A stretch of 64,000 bases of DNA. It comes from Schmidtea polychroa. Lineage: Eukaryota. The position numbers and the translations under genes were made by a program. Shown one piece after another: positions 60,831 through 64,000 of this stretch (within the stretch, counting starts at the first letter, position 1; the number at the start of each line of letters is the position of its first letter). The notes under the pieces were generated by a model that saw only the letters and a list, made by a program, of their open reading frames with translations, had not been told where the DNA came from and ran no database searches. The stretch lies in contig CM097886.1 in assembly GCA_044892525.1 (NCBI GenBank), positions 24,862,001 to 24,926,000 on the forward strand. The letters are read 5' to 3'.

Positions 60831-61821
60831 CCAATATGGTATTCATCAAAAATATAAAAATAATTATAGATAAATTATTTTCTGAAGAAGTTAAAAACCA
60901 AAATGTATTATGAAAGGAAAATATGGTATTACAAAAACCAGTTTAGCCGAACTTGGGCTATGGTGTATCAACAATGCATTTATTCCGTAAAGATGATAAT
61001 GATTCGTTTGTTGTTAACTATAAAATTAACTATTATGACGAATTAGACGACGATACTGAGGTTGGCGCAAATGATAATAGTGTTAGATGACAGGGGCAGA
61101 CCCATCAGCACATTTGTCCTAACAAGCAATTATAGGACTGGGCCAAACAAATTCAGGGTGAACGTGTATCGCGAAAAAGCCAATCAGTAGAGTCAACGAA
61201 ACAAATCGATCAAACAATTCAGATGAACTCGACAACCCAAATCAGCCAGTCACTTCCGGTATATTAGATGACATATTTTCCTGTAAATATTTATTTCACG
61301 TAACAAGTGAATTGTTGTATTGTTCTTAAAACTTCATCACAACTCTTTTTGCAATTCAATAATTTGTGATATATATGACATTGTAGACAATTTATGATTT
61401 ATTTGACATTTTATTGACAATTTTATTTTATGTGACAATTATTGGATAATGGTATTATTTCATATATATTTAATTACTTTATCAAACATTTATTTTTGTA
61501 TATATGGGACATAATTATCTATTGATTTTATATTTTGGTTGATTTTACACTAGTTATGTTATCTTTTATTTTAATAAAAATGTACATATAAAATATCACA
61601 TTCGGGGATTTTTGAAAATTATATTTTAATAATAATAATCTTTTTCTAGAAGAAATAGTGATAAAAAATTGCGAAATAATAATCTTTTTTAAGAAAACAA
61701 ATATGGAGAAATTCTTTTAGTTAAGTAAACACATGGAGGAATTGAAAAATAAATAAAATTCCTTTTAGATTTTAAATGAGTTCCTTTCAAAACAAATAAA
61801 AGCTTTCTTAAAAAATAATAT

Positions 61822-62706
61822 TGTTAGGGATAGGCCTGGAGCTTGGAACAATAAAACAATAAATTACTTAAAATAAAATAAGGTTAAAAAGAATTAGTTA
61901 AAATAGAATATAAATATATTTAAATACCTTAAATAATATAAATATAAAAAAATTATAATATAAATACTGGTTCAAAATGAGAACCAGGGGCGAACAATTT
62001 AGTACGAAAATTTTCGAGACGAAAAGAAATCGGAACGAAAACTAAAAATAGTAGAACGAGGAGAAACGTGATAATTGAGCAATTTATTAGTATATTAGTT
62101 TAACGAAACTAATTAATTCATATCAAAAGATTGAATCTAGATTTCAATCAGTGTAGAAAATTGAATCGAATAGGGTATAAATTGGAAAATTATCCATCGT
62201 AGAGGAGAAGAGAATTTCAAGGAATATTGCAGTCAAAGAAATTACGTTTTGAAAATTTACAACAGATTACTTCAGAGGTAAAGAATTTTGAAGAATAAAT
62301 TATTATCCTTGGGTAAATTGTAAATTATTAAATTAAGCGAACACAAAGTACGTTGAGTTACTTTCGTGTTTCCTGGGAGCCCCAAAATCATTTCTCTTAC
62401 TTTAATTTTTCTCTTTCCAATTTAGTTGCGATCGTTGTGCTACACAGGAGCCATTTATCTCTTGCAGGCTGAGATAAACAGCAGGGATTAACAAATCCGT
62501 ATCTTGTGTATTTCTGTTTGAACAATTGTAAAATATTTATTTTGTAAATTATCCAATAAAAGTTTTAAAAGAAAGAAGTGGGTTTTGTTTTGAACATTTA
62601 ATAAATACACGCAACCACATTAAATATATTTATATTTATATTTCATCTTAAATTTCATTGGAGTCATAGTGTTAAGATTATAACCCCCATCTTTTTGATC
62701 TTAACA
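61822..62706 (+). mobile_element. 5' LTR of a Ty3/Gypsy retrotransposon
   Basis: TGTTAG...TTAACA, followed by a PBS and gag; AATAAA at ~62556. Confidence 0.8.
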
Positions 62707-62709
62707 TTT

Positions 62710-62727
62710 TGGTGAGTCCGACGTGAT
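62710..62727 (+). promoter_or_regulatory. Primer-binding site complementary to tRNA-Trp
   Basis: TGGTGAGTCCGACGTGAT matches 16/18 to TGGTGACCCCGACGTGAT, the complement of the eukaryotic tRNA-Trp 3' end. Confidence 0.8.
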
Positions 62728-62842
62728 ACAATTTACGGGTGGATTAAAAATATTATTTATAAAAGACAAATATCTTTGTGAATCATTGAGTTAAGAAATA
62801 GGAGTAATAAATTTTCGACCAGGTAATAGAAACCAACAAATA

Positions 62843-63860
62843 ATGTCAGAAATAAATAATTTACAAAATTTAAATGAGAATAATTTACAAAATAATAATG
62901 TGCCAGTAGCTCAACCACCAGCGGTAGATTTTATGAGATATCCAACAATTCCAATTAAACCATTTAGTGGGAACCCAGTGAAGTTTCTAGAATTTATGTC
63001 CGAATATTTTCAGTTTGCCAGAGCATTAGGATTCCCGGAACCAGTAATGATTTTGAGATGACCTTTATATTTAAAAGGGATGGCGCGGGGAATATATAAT
63101 TATGTTATAATAACCGAACATTCAGTCGAATGGAATGTATTGCGATTAGCGCTACAAAACAGAATATTACCGGGGGATGCAACTAGAGTGCTGAGACAAC
63201 AGTTTTATAACAGGCGACAAAATTCGTGTGAGCATGTTGGGGAATTTTCATATCAAATATTGATGTTGGTGGAAAGAGCGTTTGGTAATAGGGCAGCCTG
63301 GAATGATGCAACTACAGCATTAGTAAAGGACCAGTTTTGATCAGGGTTATCGTCAGCAATGAGAAATGCAATCAGTTTCCACATAGGGGATAATTTAGAT
63401 GAATTAACCCGTAAAGCATGTTTAATCGAAAGTAGTATTGAAAAGTCGAGCAATTTTGCAATTAGTAGCAATAAGTCCGACATTGAGTGTTTCAATTGTC
63501 ATAAAAAGGGACACATATCAAAAGATTGTAAAAGTAGGAATAATTCTCCAGGGGACAAATTATGTACCAAATGTGGGAGAAGTAATCATGTGGCATCAAA
63601 CTGTAGAATTTCGAACCTAAATTGTGAGAAATGCAATCGCACGGGACATGTAGCGTCAGTTTGTAAAGCTAGTTTTGGGGGGAATAACTCAAATAATAAC
63701 AATAATAGTAGAAATAGAAGCCTAATAATAATTTTCAGAGTAGAAATAATAATTTTAATAATAATATAAAAAGGGATGAAGTAAATTCGGGGGCAAAATT
63801 AAATGTCATAAGTGTGGAAAATTTGGTCATATTATGCGTTCATGTCCACAAAATCAATTA
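62843..63860 (+). pseudogene. gag: Ty3/Gypsy gag with two in-frame TGA stops and a frameshift; CCHC zinc knuckles
   Basis: One frame runs through ORFs 62843-63061, 63080-63340 and 63359-63769. Knuckles CFNCHKKGHISKDC, CTKCGRSNHVASNC, CEKCNRTGHVASVC and (frameshifted) CHKCGKFGHIMRSC. Confidence 0.88.
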
Positions 63861-64000
63861 ACAAATAACAATGGTAGTAGTAACAATGGTAATAATCGAT
63901 CGAAACAGACAACGTTTGCAGTGAATTCAGATAAAAAATTAACGTATTTGCAGCAGATTGAATTAGAAATTCAAGAAGAGAGAAATAGGTTAGCTAGGCT

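Noticed and set aside
63059-63340. TGA reassignment/readthrough (TGA at apparent Leu positions in gag and in the hAT at ~57960)
   Set aside because: The intact RING gene ends in TGA, and these elements carry other lesions; TTA>TGA decay is sufficient.

Overview
Very AT-rich, repeat-dense eukaryotic genomic DNA, probably from an invertebrate; a flatworm-like host is a guess. Host genes are (i) a 9-exon Polyhomeotic-like gene (+, 6488-30266; HD1 and SAM motifs) with an intronless RING-finger gene nested antisense in intron 4, and (ii) the 3' part of a TRAF-type coiled-coil/MATH gene (-, 52122-52810). The rest is transposon debris: hAT/Buster, Tc1/mariner, piggyBac, MULE, Helitron and Ty3/Gypsy. 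The standout is a 12,180-bp Polinton/Maverick-type element at 37148-49327, with AGTAGT...ACTACT termini and a perfect 6-bp target-site duplication (CAAACT). It encodes only a protein-primed DNA polymerase B. The 5' third of that gene carries 5-6 phase-1 spliceosomal introns, five of them 39-107 nt. The element is a fold-back: about 3.64-kb inverted arms carry the polymerase catalytic region on both strands. The centre holds ~25-bp, 143-bp and 31-bp tandem arrays and a chain of four template-switch junctions. All gene models, alignments and counts were done by eye; no database searches were run.
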